From Dehalococcoidia bacterium (GTDB lineage: Bacteria > Chloroflexota > Dehalococcoidia > Lucifugimonadales > UBA3495), in NCBI GenBank assembly GCA_034420475.1, contig DAOULH010000025.1:65593-129592 (forward strand): a stretch of DNA of 64,000 nt. Direction: 5' to 3'. Shown in pieces: positions 62,220-64,000 of the stretch. Position 1 is the first letter of the stretch. The number at the start of each line of letters is the position of its first letter. A model generated the notes under the pieces. The model ran no database searches. It had not been told where the DNA came from and saw nothing but the letters and a program-made list of their open reading frames with translations. The translations under genes were made by a program, and so were the position numbers.

Positions 62220-63058
62220 TGGCAGGAATACTGGATCCCAAAGCCGCCGGCGCCCGGCGTTTTGAAGGCCAGGTCGCCGTAGTAACCGGCGGAGGTCAAG
62301 GCATCGGATCCGCCACCGCCCGGCGCCTGGCCCAGGAAGGCGCGTCTATAGTCATTGGCGACATGGTCGCGGAGACCTCGGAGCGCGTCCGCCAGGAGAT
62401 TCGCGATTTCGGCGGCGCGTGCGAGGTGTCCATCGGCGACCTCTCCAAATGGGAAAACGCCGAGGCTCTCATGGCGAGGGCCAACAACGCCTTCGGCCGG
62501 ATCGACGTGCTCGCCAACATCGCGGGCGGAACCATCTGGTTCCAGTCGTTGCAGTACTACACCCCGGACCAGATACAGGCAGAGATCGACCGGAGCTTCT
62601 GGACCGCCATGTGGTGCTGCCGCGCTGCGCTGCCGTACATGATCGATCAAGGATCGGGGTCCATAGTCAACATCGCCACCCACGCTGTGACCGGCCGGTT
62701 CCGGGTGCCCTACGCGGCTGCCAAGGCCGGCCAGATTGGGCTGACCACATCTCTGGCGCGCGAGGTGGCCCACCTGGGCATACGGGTGAATTGCGTGGCC
62801 CCCAGCGGAACCGCGGCGGACGACCGGGTCACGCCCCGGGATTACGGCGTTGGGATCATCCCGCCCGAGCTGCCGGCCAGCGAGCGCGCCGCACAGGACG
62901 AGTACCGCTCGGCAACCCGCAACTCGGAGATCCCCATGGGTCGGCGCGGCGAGGCCGACGAGCAGGCGGCCGCCATCGCCTTCCTCGCTTCCCACGACGC
63001 CTCTTACATCACCGGCCAGGTTTTGGCGGTGGGCGGCGGCCAGCCGTATCCTTTCTAG
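62216..63058 (+). CDS. SDR family oxidoreductase (divergent, 4th copy)
   Basis: VAVVTGGGQGIGSATARRLAQEG, NIAGG, YAAAK; 280 aa. Confidence 0.85.
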   Translation: MMAGILDPKAAGARRFEGQVAVVTGGGQGIGSATARRLAQEGASIVIGDMVAETSERVRQEIRDFGGACEVSIGDLSKWENAEALMARANNAFGRIDVLANIAGGTIWFQSLQYYTPDQIQAEIDRSFWTAMWCCRAALPYMIDQGSGSIVNIATHAVTGRFRVPYAAAKAGQIGLTTSLAREVAHLGIRVNCVAPSGTAADDRVTPRDYGVGIIPPELPASERAAQDEYRSATRNSEIPMGRRGEADEQAAAIAFLASHDASYITGQVLAVGGGQPYPF

Positions 63059-63141
63059 GCTTAAGCCTGATCGGTTCTCGGCGCGTTGCGAGGTCGCACT
63101 ATCGTTCGGCCCTAATTGCTCCGTAACTCTCACGGCTCCGT

Positions 63142-63300
63142 GTAGCTGTGCAGAGTTCAGAGGTTGCCATTGCGCGGCGCTTGCGACGTGGCAATCTCGA
63201 CGCCGCAGCAGCAGCGTCTGCCGTAAAGGACTCCCTTGCGCCAACGAGATTGCCGCGCTGCGCTCGCAATGACACTTTCCCCGCAACTCTGAACAGCTAC
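63142..63300. repeat. palindromic intergenic repeat, subfamily 2, copy I (core 63166..63273)
   Basis: GTAGCTGTGCAGAGTTCAGAGG ... GCCATTGCGCGGCGCTTGCGACGTGGCAATCTCG ... CGAGATTGCCGCGCTGCGCTCGCAATGAC ... CTCTGAACAGCTAC. Confidence 0.85.
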
Positions 63301-63384
63301 GACTCGTTCTGAGTGGCGCGCTGCCCCTTGACCGTTCTGCTAATATGGCGGGAACCGAACACGCCACGACATGGGGGCAACGGT

Positions 63385-64000
63385 ATGGGACTCAAAAGCC
63401 TTTTGCTGAAGCCGCTATCCGGTTATCCCGGCGGCTACAAGAAGATGCGGCGAGGCACGCAGGGGTTCAACTCCACTCCGCCGTTCCAGGTTCCCGACAA
63501 CCCCCGGGACCGCCGCAGTCGCATCCCTCCTTTGGGGTTTCGCGAGTACTGGTACCCGGCCCTGCCGGCCAAGGACGTCAAGAAGAACCAGCCCACCATG
63601 CTGCGGATGCTGGGCACCGACGTGGTGTTCTTCAAAGACAAAGCGGGCGAGGTGCAGGCGCTTCTGGACTGGTGCCCCCACCGGGCCGTTTACCTCTCCA
63701 TGGGCCGCTGCTACTTCGAGGGCTTCCTGACCTGCCCCTACCACGGCGCCACTTTTGACGGCGACGGCAACTGTGTCGCTTTCCTGACCGAAGGCCCCGA
63801 CTCCATGATGGTGGGCGCACCCGGCATGAAGGCTCGCAAGTACCCCACCGTTACCCTCAAGGGCATGGTCTTCGTGTGGATGGGCGAAGGCGAGCCCGTC
63901 GCTCCCGAGGAGGACATCCCGCCGGAGATGTTCGAGGAGCACAACATCTGCCGCCCGTCCTTCACCATGTTCGACTGCAACTGGGTGCTGGTGCTCGAGA
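63385..64000 (+). CDS. Rieske [2Fe-2S] oxygenase, alpha-subunit-like (3' partial, runs off the window)
   Basis: Not in the ORF track because no stop is reached. My translation from ATG 63385 gives MGLKSLLLKP...DWCPHRAVYLSMGRCYFEGFLTCPYHGATFDGDGN (CxH...CxxH Rieske motif). Confidence 0.8.
   Translation, partial: MGLKSLLLKPLSGYPGGYKKMRRGTQGFNSTPPFQVPDNPRDRRSRIPPLGFREYWYPALPAKDVKKNQPTMLRMLGTDVVFFKDKAGEVQALLDWCPHRAVYLSMGRCYFEGFLTCPYHGATFDGDGNCVAFLTEGPDSMMVGAPGMKARKYPTVTLKGMVFVWMGEGEPVAPEEDIPPEMFEEHNICRPSFTMFDCNWVLVLE

Overview
High-GC bacterial chromosomal window, densely coding on both strands: about 60 CDS, 4 tRNAs and one stand-alone 5S rRNA. Housekeeping anchors are ispH, an rplI-dnaB-dnaD-loader operon, dnaE, clpC, a guaB3-like gene, citrate synthase and tRNA-Pro/Arg/Asp/Lys. 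The background is catabolic and accessory: four paralogous SDRs, amidohydrolases, GMC, LLM/F420, Rieske, MFS and peptide-ABC genes, plus Uma2 nucleases. With the unlinked 5S this resembles a marine Chloroflexota (SAR202-like) genome, but that is inference only. Main observations: (1) At two loci an in-frame TGA joins two ORF-track fragments into ~180-aa proteins with a U-G-S-C-T motif (UGSC-type selenoprotein candidates). Each is linked to a paralogous ~340-aa protein of unknown function, and each UGA is followed at the same 13-nt spacing by a hairpin. (2) At least nine imperfect-palindromic intergenic repeats of ~90-230 nt fall into two subfamilies, one copy carrying a 23-nt tandem expansion. 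(3) An AT-richer type II R-M island has a PD-(D/E)xK nuclease fused to an XRE HTH, next to a leftover methyltransferase N-terminus. (4) A 1257-aa protein fuses a permease to PD40/IPT/FG-GAP/UnbV modules. (5) A BacNav-type channel has a TLDGWTD filter and a Kv-like channel has a degenerate filter. (6) A TIMP/NTR-like secreted protein sits between mirrored SDR-Uma2 paralog pairs. (7) There is a helicase loader with two tandem AAA+ modules. (8) HicBA, HigBA and a HEPN pair are present. No CRISPR array, transposase, integrase or prophage genes were seen. All coordinates and motifs were read by eye from the sequence and ORF track; no searches were run.
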